This document shows, piece by piece, positions 36,601 through 57,018 of a stretch of 64,000 nucleotides of DNA. A program made the position numbers and the translations under genes. Source of the stretch: Raillietiella orientalis (lineage: Eukaryota); assembly GCA_036172245.1 (NCBI GenBank), contig JAYWIR010000009.1, forward strand, positions 4,092,001 through 4,156,000, read 5' to 3'. Each line of letters begins with the position of its first letter. Position 1 is the stretch's first letter. The notes beneath the pieces were generated by a model. The model was not told the DNA's origin. It worked only from the letters and a program-made list of their open reading frames with translations, and did not search any database.

Positions 36601-37520
36601 TTCCCTTCTCCCCTCCCCCCTCCCCTCGCTCTACCGCGAGATCTCCCGCGCTGGCTCCCCCCGTCCGTGAGGCGGCGAGGAAAGGCGAGCGTGGCGCTGA
36701 TCCGGGAGTCGGGGGGGAAGGGGGAGGCTGGCTACGAGGGGAAGAAACAAAAGCGAAGAAGGGAAGAGGAATGGGAGCGAGGGAGGCCCTTCTTCCCTCA
36801 ACTGCCCCAATACGGGGAACACCCTCCTCGCCCTTTGCCCGCTCCCACACCACCCTACTCTAACCTCCCTCCCTCCCGCCTATCGGAACGAATGGCGGAC
36901 TGCCTGACCTCTCTTCCCCCCTCTCATTCTTCCCTTTTCGCCTTGTCCTTCCCGCTGCGTGGGGGGACAGGGGGGTGTTGGTCAGCACCTCTGACGGCAG
37001 CGAGAGCCTTCTCCACCATCGCTGCCTGTCGAAACCCTCACGCGCGTTTCCAAGGCAACGGGCATTGCGTGCGCCTGGCGTCCTCTGCCCTCGCCCCGGG
37101 CGGGTGGTGAGAAAAGGGAGAGGAGGCTGATGGAAGGGGGACGAGATAAGCCGTCTCACGGGACCCGCGCCCGCGCGCGACCTCCTCCCTCAATCCCTTA
37201 GCGGCAGCAGCACGGGATGAGTCAATCCCGCCCCAGGTTACCCACCCACTCGCTAGAGATATCCCCTCTTCCTCCTCTCCTCCACCCCAGCGCTCATCTT
37301 CCACAGTCTTGCCCACGCGCACAGCCTGAGGGCACGGCTCCTGAGTGCAGCACGCGAAGACTCCCCTCACTGGGTCGTCTCGTCTACTCTACCCGCCGCG
37401 CGAACGCCCTACTCTCCTGGGAGTCCTCGAGTCCACAGCCGCCGAGTCAGGCCCCTGGATGGGGAGCGTTCCCGGGCTGCTGACCCCGGTTTTTACCCGG
37501 TGAGCCGGGCCGGACGTGTA

Positions 37521-37554
<34 letters not shown>

Positions 37555-37749
37555 AAATACAAGTGAGAAAGGAAGTCTCCCTCCAGAGACAGAAAATGCC
37601 AAAAAAAAAAGCGGTTCCTCAGATTAATTGCCGGAACGCAGGCTGGCTTCCAAACAGTAGGGAACGAAATCAGGGAACAATAAATAAATGAATGAAAAGA
37701 TGGGAGGGTGGGGACAGGGGTCTTTGGTTGAAGACGTACCTTTTTTTTT

Positions 37750-40700
37750 CTAAAAGCTGCTCTGGACGGTGGCGATCTCCTTCGCTACTCCTGGCAGACG
37801 AGGCCACCTTGCTGCTGTCCTCGTGAGGGCTGCCGCCATTCTGGCGGCCTCTCTCCGCGCGAACCTGACTCCGGCACGTGGCGAGCGTCCACCATGGCGC
37901 GGATGCAGCATCTCGTTGCGATCGCAGCTCCTTTCTTCAGCCCGCCTTGCGCGAGCGTGCCTCTTCGCCTTTCCGGGCGCGGCAAGTCTGAAGGGGTAGG
38001 TACCCTCCGGGTGACGAACTCGCCGAAGGGAGTCTCCGTCGCATGTCCTGCAGAGTCCAACAGGAGGTGCGGAAACGATCCCATCGCGCCGCACCTGGAA
38101 CAGTTCGGGGAGGCAGCGCCTCCGGAAACGAGTTGCCTGCTCTGGTTGCACCGGCATCCCCCCAGCGCAGACACCAGCAGCAGGACGTCCTGCGGTTTCC
38201 AGCGGAGCGGGAACACGGAGGTGTCCACACACAGGGGAGGGATCCACAAGTTCTTCGGGGAGAACACCGAGGAGGAGGTCGCTCCACCGAAGGAGTCGCG
38301 TTGCCCAGGAACAGGGAATGGCGCGCCATCCACCAACTCGCTCGTCTGGCAGCCGTCGAGGAGTAAGGCCGATGACCCTACACACGTATGTTTATTATGT
38401 TCTATAATAAACGCCCTGGCGTTACCCTAGGTGATAAACCGAGCACCCCTTTTGCTGCCATGCACGCGCCCAACTTGTTAGCCGGGATGGAGGGAAGCGT
38501 GGACCAGGTCTACCTCGAAGAGCACCTGTGCTCCCGCGTAAGAAGGCGAGGAAAGGTGCGGTGCACGCTCTCCGACCACTTCCGGGTGCAGCTTGAAATT
38601 CGTCCGCGAGACGGAGGATCTCTCCCCCTCGCAGGCGTGGCGTCTTCAGGGGGACTGGCTCAACGTGCCAGGCGCAGAGGAACACTTCCGCGCGTTCCTG
38701 CAAGGTTGCAGCGTGCACGCGCTCGACGAATGAGGCGATTTGAAGGTCTCGGCCCGAGGGTTCTGCGAGCAGTTCCCCCCTGGACCATATCCCAAGATGA
38801 TTCGGCGAGGGTGTTCTGAACGAAGGAGCGTACTTGCAGGCTCGTCGCTACATCCGAACACCGGACATCCGCCGACTAGCGGAGTACAGAGCCGGACCGT
38901 GCAGCAATCCTGGCAATCCGGGTCGCCCAGCCTGCTGGACGACGACAGTCAGGAGTACTCAGCCCCGGGGGAATTTCGTCACTCGGATTTTCCGCGACAT
39001 TTATCATTAAAAATTATCATAAAAGTCATAACATTAACAAAATCGTGGTAGAACACTTGGTTCTACCACGCTCGAAGGACTTGCCAAAAACCGGCAGGCA
39101 GACCGGTGAGGCCCGCTCCAGAGGCGAAGGGGAAGGGAAAACCAAACAAAAACAAACAAAAAGACAAAAAAAAGAGGGGGGATTTTTTCGAGGAGAGGGG
39201 AGTGGGAAAGGGATAACTGTTCGCCTGGAGATGTACTCTGCATCCTGTTCAGGATGCTGACAAGTTTTGCATGCTTGGGTTGCAATTGGGGTCGCGGTCT
39301 TCAAGAAGATTCTCGCCAGTGGATGGCATCCCTGCTATTCTGGCCCCTTCTTCTGGCGTTCCAGCTTGCCAAGAGTCCGCGGACACAGCGTAGCACTGCT
39401 GGAGATGCTGCTGGCGGCGGGGCGTCACGCATGAACAGGCACCGGAAAATATTCCTGGGGCCGCCTACCGGGATTTTTAGGATCGATGAGAGTCGATCCC
39501 AAGAGGTTCAAAGGCCGACACAGCCTATTAATAGGTGTGAGAAGGTCTCCTTCTCTCCGCAGCTTCCGCAATTGGCATCCACACTCCCATATGTCCAATG
39601 ATGGAGATTTGCTCTGCATGGGACTCCCCGATGCAAAACTAGCAACGCCACATTTTGCCGCTTCCGGGGGAGGGTGCCACTGTCTCAACACGCTGGGGGA
39701 CACATCTCCTCCGGAGATATGGTGAGCAGCTCGCCCCAGTGTGAAAGTCCTTTTGGCGGGATACTCATGGTCGCAGGGTCCGCAAGCTGCCGAGTTATCC
39801 ACGCGCGTAAAGTTTTTTCCTGCCTTGGATACGGCAGGACACTTCCCATCTTGCCGGAAGGTCGCCATCCCTAGCGTTTTTCAGGGAGGGCACTACTAGG
39901 GCAAGGGAGGGTCCACGAGGCAGTTTGCGTGAGCTGCATACGATCTCCCTCAGGGGCTGTCGAGTGTACCTCCCTTTCCCATGTGTGGATGAGCCAGAGT
40001 CTCCATGCCCTTCCGTGGCAGTGAGATTCTGGCTTGCCCGCCACGCGCGTGCCCAGACACACTGGCCGTCTCAGCGTATGCGGACGATCTTCTACTGCTG
40101 CGCCCCCTGTCCACCCCAGCGACGGTGCTCGCAGATTTCTTCGAGCTGTTAAGCCGCAGGACAGGACTGGAGGTGATCAGGGCGAAATCGGCCATGGTAA
40201 CAGTCGGTTCGGTGAAGGCAAGGCAGTTGGACTGGATCCGCTTGGAGATCCTCACGGTTCGGTACCTTAAGCACCTCGGTGTACCGTTGAGGGACTTTTC
40301 TCCGACGGAGGCGTGTTCCGGCTGCCTCCAGAAGGCAGATTTGGAGATCGGTCCGTTTTGGGATGGCAAGTTTCTCTTGCCGGGACGAGCCGCGGTGTGG
40401 AACGCGTTTGTGACCCCCCTCTTCCTCCCCCTGCTTTTGGTTTGTCCCCCACCGTGTAGCATCAAAAGGCGGACGAAGGACCTCCTCAGAATCGCCGTGG
40501 GCCACAGGGAGGTCCCGAGTCCACCTGAAGGACTTGTACGCTCCGCGTCGCGACGGAGATCTCGGCCTTCTGACGCTGGAACACCTGGAGCGGCAGCTCC
40601 AGTGGAGGACGCTTGCCCTAGCGACGAAGATGTGGATCACGAACTCGTGCGAGCCATCACGATACCTGGTCAAGCGAGCCACCGGCTACGCCAGACCGTC

Positions 40701-41820
40701 TTCGTTCCTGGAGCAGCGGAGCAGACGTAACGTGTCTAGCTGCGGGCTGGAGCCCCGGTGAGTTGCCGCGCTGACCAGGGCTGGATGTTCTGCCGGCCCG
40801 CGAATGGTGTTGCCTGGTTGCAGGAAACTGTTCGCACGTAGACCAGGAACAACGAAGCGAGTCTGTAGATGCGGCAGCAACTGCTTCACTCCTACAACAA
40901 CCGCTCGCTGCAGCCCACCACGTGTGTGTGGGCGCAAAGAAGCTCTCTAGCCGCGGCACTGCTCTCCCTCAGGGAGCACCTAAGCAGTGACCAGTTGGTT
41001 TAATGGGAAGTTAGTTGCAAAATCAGTTGCAATCAACTTAGGTGGTAGGATCAAGGCCAGCTCACGGACGCTGCGACCCCAGCTGCTCCACAGAAGGGAC
41101 TATTGCGCTGGGATGAGCTGCTGGAAATCCCACAGGAAGTCCTCGAGGGGCGCTGAAGAACAACCGGGGCCTCCCCCTGAAGTGGTAGGAATCGGCACTT
41201 CTACTGCACTTTCACTTCACTCACCGGGGTATCCCGTGCAACGCCCGCTGGTCTCGCTGGACCTGTGGGGCTGTGGACCCCAACTGTTGCAGACAGGGGG
41301 AGCGGGAATCCCTCCCGCACCTGCTTGTAGCCTGTCTTGCCCTCCGGCCCCTGTGGCTGAGTTACGCAACGACTCTTGTGGCATACAAGAACCGTCCCAG
41401 AGACGTGTTGAAGCGTCTCTCGCACGATACCCTTTCTCCTGACTCATCCCCAGCAACTCTTTGCTATGTGGGATTGAGGCTGCCTGCAGCTACGTGAGAG
41501 GAGGACGGCACGATAGGGACGCCATTTGCTTTGCCCTGCGCTTCCTGATGACAGCAGCTAGATGGCCCCACCTGGGACATATTCAGAAGGAACTTGCCGG
41601 CATCCTGGAAAGGATGCAGAGGACACCCTTCAGTAGAATGTGATCCCTCGCCAAAGCCTCCTATTTTTTGGTAGTGTTTTTGTTTTTATTTTTGTCTGTC
41701 CCCTTATCCACCTCTGCCGTGGCGAACCTCGTCAGTCTGGGTGCCGGTTACTCAGTCTGCGTCAGTCTGTGGCCGTTAGTGGGGCCTGGTACCACGTATG
41801 TAGAATGTTTTTTTAATAAA
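37750..41820 (+). mobile_element. Degenerate non-LTR retrotransposon ORF2, L1/Tx1-like (APE endonuclease, reverse transcriptase, C-terminal Cys/His knuckle), frameshifted
   Basis: Colinear motifs across frames: SVDQVYL...LSDHFRV (SDH at 38571), SPVDGIPA (~39313), RNWHPHSHMSND (~39570), ISLRGCRVYLPFPCVDEP (~39943), LAVSAYADDL (YADD 40077-40088), TGLEVIRAKS, YLKHLGVPL, YAPRRDGDLGL (~40540), CCRQGERESLPHLLVAC (~41285), stop at 41643, then a T-rich 3' region with AATAAA at 41815. Confidence 0.8.
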
Positions 41821-43699
41821 CGCCCCGGGATTACCCGGGTGGAAATTACTCGGCAGGTTCGAACTCTTTCGGACGTTGTAGGGCCGATGGTCCTAAACCT
41901 GTATGTTTAGTAGCCCTTATAATAAACTCCCAGGCGTTACCTGGTGTTAACTTCCCCCTCCCCTTTTCCCCTAAGCAGGTCACTTCACCGAAGGAGTACC
42001 TTCTCCCGGAAACGAGGAGTGGCGGCGTGCACCAATCCGCTCGCTCGCCTCGCAGCCATCGAGGAGTTTCTCGACTTCTGCAGTGCTGCAGAACTCCTAC
42101 CCCTTCGGTTGTCTGCTGTCATTTCTTGCCCTGAGGGCAGGCAGTGCTGCGGCAAAGGCAAGCTACCAGAAACTGCGTCCAATTCTGCAGATCTTTCAGC
42201 GGTTTGAGTGAGAAATTCTGCTGCGGTCGTAGTTCCTCTGGGCTCACTTTCAAAGAGGTGACCCAGGACTCTAGAGCCTCCCGCCGCCGGGCGTTCCAGT
42301 TTATGGGGGGGCAGGAGATCCAAGAATAGACAAATGCCTCAGGGGGTAGCCGAATCGGGTCCTCTGGTGTGGATTGCGCAGAGAAAGAAGTCCTGAGCTT
42401 CCAGCGCATCGCCGGAGGATGTGGCATGCCGGAGCATACCAATTGGAGGACCACAATAGATCACACAAGGAGAGAAGTCGGAACTGCACCACATTAGTCC
42501 GATTTTCTCAATGGTCAAGATCTCCAAGTCAGAGTCCTGGAGCGGCCCGGCGAACTGGCCGGCTGCTGACCCTAGAAAAGCTCTCCCGTTTCCTCCCCTT
42601 TCCGTTTCCCGCCATTTTTTCCCCGCAATTCTGAGTGGCTCTTGAGCTGCCGCAGCTGCCCTGCAGACTTCCGCTTCCTGCCTCTGTGGTCGGCGAGACG
42701 CAATGTCTTCCCTTCTTTGCCCCCTCCTCCACACCCTCCGCCTCTTGCACCTCCTCCTCTTTTCTTCATCTTCTTTTCCTTACTTCTCTTCATCCTTCTC
42801 TTCCTCCCTTCTTTCTCCTCCTCCATTCCACTCCCCCTTCCTCTCACCCTCTCCGCGAAGGCTCATTATCCACTCATGCGCCACCCCTTTTCCCCAGAGG
42901 GTCCGAGATGCAGGGCTCTGGAGCTCCTCTGCAGAGGGTCCGACCAGTCTGCTTTCCTTTCTGTCCGCCTTTCGCTCCTGACGTCGTCACCCTTCCTCAT
43001 CTCTGCAGTTCATCCTCCGGGAAGCGCCTTCGCCGACAGGTTGGCCTTCCGATCCGAGACTCTTCCTGGAATGTCTCCCAGGAAAGGATAAGGAACCAAG
43101 GACGTCGTCCTCCTTGATGACGGCCCGGTCCCCTTCTCAGGCGACCGTCCGAGAACACCACCGTGGCAACCATGGCATCCGGAACTGGAGCGCCGCCGCA
43201 GTGCAGGCAAGGAAAGAGGGAGACGGGGAGCCTGGAAGCGACTGGAGAGGGAAGGAAGGATGGTGGGCGACAAGGGTTATCTCATGCATGCACGCGCTTC
43301 CGTGAGTAGTTTCTTCGTTCATTTTGCACTTCCCCGAGGTCCAGCAAAGGGCGCACGCCTCCTGCAACCACTTTCTCCGGAGCCCGGCTCCCCCGAGGGT
43401 CCCCTTGAATTGCATTGGATCACGGACTACCGAGAGGATGCTCCAGTTATTCAAAGGCCACATCCAGGACAGCAATTTTGCGGCCAGTCGACATCTCCCG
43501 CGGCGTCCATGAATATGCCGACGCTGATCGCCTCCACGAAGCGAAGGAACCCGCGCCCAAGGCGACCGCCCAAGGTCGGTCCTCGTCGCCGACCAGCGGC
43601 TCGCTGCTTCATTCTCACCCCCCAATCCCGCACCTCCACGAGTAAGCACCCATACCCATCTTACTGGGCTCCAGAACCGGTAGTCTTAGCATCCCACTT

Positions 43700-44560
43700 C
43701 TTTCTGGACGACTCAGCGGGACGAGAACGTGTCCAGCTACTCCATCCACCGCTGTGGAAATCGACCTCGTCCTCTGTTTTTCTCAATAGCCTCTGTGGAA
43801 CTTTGTGCAATTTTGCTGATGGAAAAGGGTACACATGCTGCATCGCGATCTTTACACAGCGGTTTCGAGTGATGAGACTGAGACGATAGTACCAAACGAG
43901 ACTTGGAAGGACATACCGAGTTTAGACCTCAAAATGTTAGAACCTGTGGCTGCAATACGATGAACTCGTGTTACATGCAGTTCTAACTGCAATTTCTCTT
44001 CTGTTTTCACCATCAGCTTTCTAATATAAGAAAGCAGTGCTTTGTGATGCGCCAGTGCTTCTCCTTCCGCTACGTTAAAGAGACCAGAGGATGCTGAAGC
44101 GTACACAAGGACTTTCAATTATCCAATGATTTTGAAAAGCAGCAGATTTTGAACAGCACAAGCTTCAGTTGGTTTGTCATCACAATCTGTCCAAGCATTT
44201 CTCTTATGGAAAAGGGTATCATGACGAGACTTCTCGGGAAGATCAGAAAGAAGAAACAAAAAAACTGATGGTCTCTCCAGAATACTGGGGAAAATGTGCA
44301 CCTCTTTGGATTAGAATTTGAAACACACCTTTGATCTTTGAAGTACATCACTAAATGCTACAGAAGAAGGTACATTCTAAAGAAGCACCTGCTTTCAGCA
44401 ATCGCTTGGCTCCATGCAGTCGTCCTCAGGAGCATTTTCAAGAACTGTGTTTCTTGAGTACATCGATAACACTAAACAAATCACTCAAAATTAGAGAGAA
44501 ATTTGGATTCCTGCATCACCGTGTGAGCTATTTAATTGTTTGACAGCAGAAGGTCTTCTT
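43700..44560 (+). mobile_element. Possible decayed LINE RT/thumb relic spanning the GC/AT boundary
   Basis: VFLNSL..CNFADG (cf. IFINDL..LFADD), WLQYDELVL, HLFGLEFETHL..LQKK..RLA (cf. YLGVxFDxxL..HI..LxKK..RLA). Motif spacing is irregular. Confidence 0.25.
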
Positions 44561-45982
44561 TTATTGGCAAGCAATTCCAAGTATCCCGTGCCGTTTACTT
44601 CATCTCATGTACACAGAATACATCTCATAGCATGTAAATACACGAATCATACGCATGCCTCATTTCTTACGATGCTCATCCAAGCAAAACTTGGGAAGCC
44701 TTTCCCAAGTGAGCTTGAATGGCCTCTCACTCGTGATGACCACTCATCTTGTCAAGAGAGGTTTCTGATCTTTCAAGAGGACCTCAAGCAATTCATAATA
44801 AGCTCTATACTTCAACAAACCACTGAAGAAATACTCAGGTGGGAGAATCTGAAAGAGTAGTTCGATAGATAGTTGGTCCTCCTCTAAGGAAATGCAAAAT
44901 AAATTTTTCCAATGCCGATACTATTCATCTCAAAACAATTTATCTTCTACAAATGCTAACGGAGGACCTAGTCATTCCAGAGAGCAGAATACAGTTTTGC
45001 AGAGAATGCAGGAAAGCATTGGAAATGAAAAAAATGCTGGAAAAGGAGTAAGTAAAGTAAATTGATATGACTAAACTATCGAAAATGAAGCGAAATTTCC
45101 TCTTGAATTGAGATTATGCCAGTCTAAAAGGCGACTTCAATCTCTACTAAAAAACGGAAGAATAACAAGTGCAAAAACTCCGTGGTTTCCTTTTGTCTTA
45201 TTGTTATTTTTTTGAAACTCGAGTTGTGTCACAGATCCTATCGCCCATCTCCGTACACCTGCTCCATGTATAGGCTTCTTGGACCAAAACCATTTTAATG
45301 TGATGTGTTCAGTGGGCACACACGGTCTTCCGGTGAATTGACCATCCGATTGCATCTCCAGCTTCTCCATTAAGGATAGCCGTGGATACAATCGATCCTT
45401 CTCTTGTACTCTTCGATGTATGTGTACGGAGCTTCTCGTGTTTGCAGCCTAACCGGCACACAAGAAGAAATCAAAGATGGGCTGCAGCGCGACTCCTCAG
45501 TCCGTAGTTTCGAATTTTTTCAACCGACCGTTTCTCCAGGTCCTGATGGATTTCATCCAAAGATGATTCGAGATCGCTTCCGTCTTCCATCTCATTTCGT
45601 TTCGTTTCATTCCTTTTTTTCCTTTTTTTTTCTTTCTTTCTTTTCTTTTCTTTCCCGTTGCATTTCATCGAGCAAGCATCTTTGCAAGTTAAAAAACAAG
45701 AAACTGATCTTTAAAAAGGAATGCTGTTTGCTGGCAGGCTGCATTAGCCCGTGTCGCGAACTTGACCCAATCCAATGTGAGTTACACCTTGGATTTCACA
45801 CTTTAATTCCTTTTTGCTGTTGTGAACATTCTGCTTCCGGTTACGTGTATTCCATTTCACAACTTTTGCATTCAAACGTGTTGGGCAATCAGAACGATGT
45901 GAGCGGTGTCGCCGCGAAGGTATGCCACGGAAGACATGTGATACTTTATACTGACGTGTGAAACGGTTTGTGAAGGAGCACG

Positions 45983-50098
<4,116 letters not shown>

Positions 50099-50233
50099 CA
50101 AATATGAATTTGAAAGAACTTATTTTAGAAAAAATCCGTGTTACTAAGGGAAGTTCAGAAAAACATAAAAATACCACTGGGTATCATATCACAGTTTATT
50201 GCTTACAATCATGTAATTACAACATTTCATAAT

Positions 50234-54571
<4,338 letters not shown>

Positions 54572-56317
54572 CTGGAAGGACAATTTTTTGAATGTAATCG
54601 ATTCACAATTAACCACTTTTAAATTTGCGCAAATATAATATTTAGGAAAGTCACCAATACTTAAAATCAAGGCAAATCTCAATTCTAATAAAAATTTCTT
54701 ACACATTTATCACCTTAACACAAGCTTGACTGCTATATATGGTAACAGATACTTTGTTTTTATCTTGTGAATGCTGTACGATTCCTGAGCTGCTGTACAA
54801 AGAGTGAAGCACAAAGTGACACTTGCATGATCTTCAGTTACATGCTTCACAACAAATCTTGCAAAACCAGTCCAAAAAATTAATTACGATAAATTTGTAT
54901 TAAATATCAAGTAAAACTCTATTGTGCCAATACCAAAACGAAAACCTTGCTCCAGACTAGGCCTGGAGAGAAAAACTCAAGAACTCCAAAAAGCATTTGC
55001 TATGAGCCATTAAAGAATCAAGGAATTGGTCAACAATTTTACACACAATGATAATTACAGAAACCGCTGTTATAAATTTCCACTTGAACTTTTTATAAAA
55101 TACTACTGAAACAACAAGATCCAACATTGATATGCAAACTCAAATACAAAAAATCAAAAACTGACTGCTGACAAAATGTGAAGTTGGTGATTGACCTTTG
55201 AATACCTAGCCTTTGTCATTTAAAACACCATGTGAGATAAAATACAAAGGACTCAATGAACAAATATGAATCTTTCCTTTGACACTGTAATCCATAATGA
55301 CTTTAGGCTTTTACAGTGCTTAACTCTGGTAGGCTATGCAAAGAATCCAAACCTGAAAACCAGAGTTGACGTTCACCTATGTTTAAAAGAATATTTTAAA
55401 ATGAGAACCTTGTGAGTGACTGAACAATTGAATAATTCAACATATGTTACAATGCCTACTCAAATGCATGAGTTATGGAGCTGTATGAGGAAACATGAAA
55501 CATATCAAATGACTTAAAAAGGTAAAAACAGTCTTAGATGAGCACATTTTGAAGTCAAACACATGCACGGCAAAACAATAAAAAATAAAATACAATACTG
55601 CAATTAAGAGATTAATAACAGCATTCAATTTTTTTTTTAAAAAAAAACTTAAACATAAATGCTAATTTCTTTTAAACACCAATTATTGGTGGTCAAATCT
55701 CAAAACAAGTCTGGATTTCTAGCTAACATTGCACTTTTGCTTATATTTAATCTCCGGTCACAAACTCGTATTTGCACCTATATGCATGTAAGAAACATGC
55801 TACTGACATGCATGCACGGAAGATTAATGAAACACCTCAAGCATCATTGCCTATGCTTTCAAAACTTTAAAAAGCACACAATTAACCCAAAGTATACTTT
55901 TAATTTGTGTAATTCATTTAGAGAAGAATCATGGCTTTAATTTGTGTTAATGCACTCTGGGTCACTGAATGATTGAAAGATAAAATCGATTTTTGTATGT
56001 GTGTGTGTTTTCAATTTCACAAACAAAGAAAACCATCTAGCATAGCAAACAGAAGAACTTGCGAGTTTATACAAAATTGAAATTAAATTAAAACTCCGAA
56101 GGCAGCCAATGGATGGTTATTGAATACCTCAACTCAAATAAATATCTGAATTTATTACGCATTTTGTGGATTAATCAGTTCTATTGATTTACTCTTCAAT
56201 TTATTCGTGATTTCAATTTGCTAGGAAATCTTTCTTACATCTTTGAAATGTATTGCACAAAATTTAACCACATGAATAAGGCTTTTCTGTAAAAATGGCA
56301 CAAAAAAAAATACTGAC

Positions 56318-56406
56318 CTGTGAAAGACTAAATGCAGAAATAGAGGGGGCAGAAGCACTCAAATAAATTTTTTTCATTTTGTATAGGCTTCCTGTCTCGT
56401 TAAAAT
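56318..56406 (-). CDS. MAST: Upstream MAST coding exon (FNETGSLYKMKKIYLSASAPSISAFSLSQ)
   Basis: ttcgtag| acceptor and CAG|gtcagt donor; the phase-0 end joins exon 54571. The peptide resembles the MAST N-terminal motif SNLVRMRxxxLGQSAPSL as I recall it. Confidence 0.7.
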
Positions 56407-56973
56407 CTACGAAAAAAGCGAAAATCAATGATAACACTAATGCATTTGTTACATGTTTTAAAACATTCAAAAGCTACATTCAACATATGAACAAATCGAA
56501 CTTTTATACTGAATGAATTCTCAACAGCAAAACAAAATTTCCTATATCAACCTGAACATGAATGAACACTCTTACACACTTGACATGAAAGTTTTCAGGA
56601 GACTTCAGACAGCTGACTGTATATGCAACTCGTTTCTAATATAATCAAATTAAGAAATTTATATCCATACAATTTAATTAATGGAAGACAGATCTTGAAT
56701 ACAGACCAAACAATACATATTCAGAAGGCACAATTACCATAAACATAAACCAACACATTATAAGGAACCTCTGATGCCTAAAATTCGGTAATGATGTCTT
56801 GAAAAAATATAATCACTGAAAAAAGAAAGCAAACGATTTTTTTCACATTTTTCTTCCTGCTGCAATAAATTGTGTCTATATAAGGTCATTTAGGATAAGG
56901 TCATTTCCAAAATCCGCCTAGGGCAACACAAAGAACATGAAAAAGCTGACAATCTATCAAATACAGCTTATAA

Positions 56974-57018
56974 TGAATAAACTGCTATATTTTTTTTGAA
57001 AATACAGCAGTTTATTCA
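56974..57018. repeat. 20-bp inverted repeat (1 mismatch) in the long MAST intron
   Basis: TGAATAAACTGCTATATTTT...AAAATACAGCAGTTTATTCA. Confidence 0.85.

Noticed and set aside
97..37500. Hundreds of long overlapping R/G/P/A/S-rich ORFs in the six-frame track
   Set aside because: Expected from stop-codon scarcity at high GC; low complexity, no domains apart from the GATA exons and retroelement relics.
37520..37553. T-run followed by A-run palindrome
   Set aside because: Homopolymer lengths are unreliable and it is not a terminator in this eukaryotic context; at most a retro-insertion scar.
42100..43620. R2/NeSL-like fragments on the minus strand (LRPQQ, RTDL, KIAVLDV) and a GDKGY transposase-like motif on the plus strand
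   Set aside because: Isolated short matches, with domain order inconsistent with a single element.
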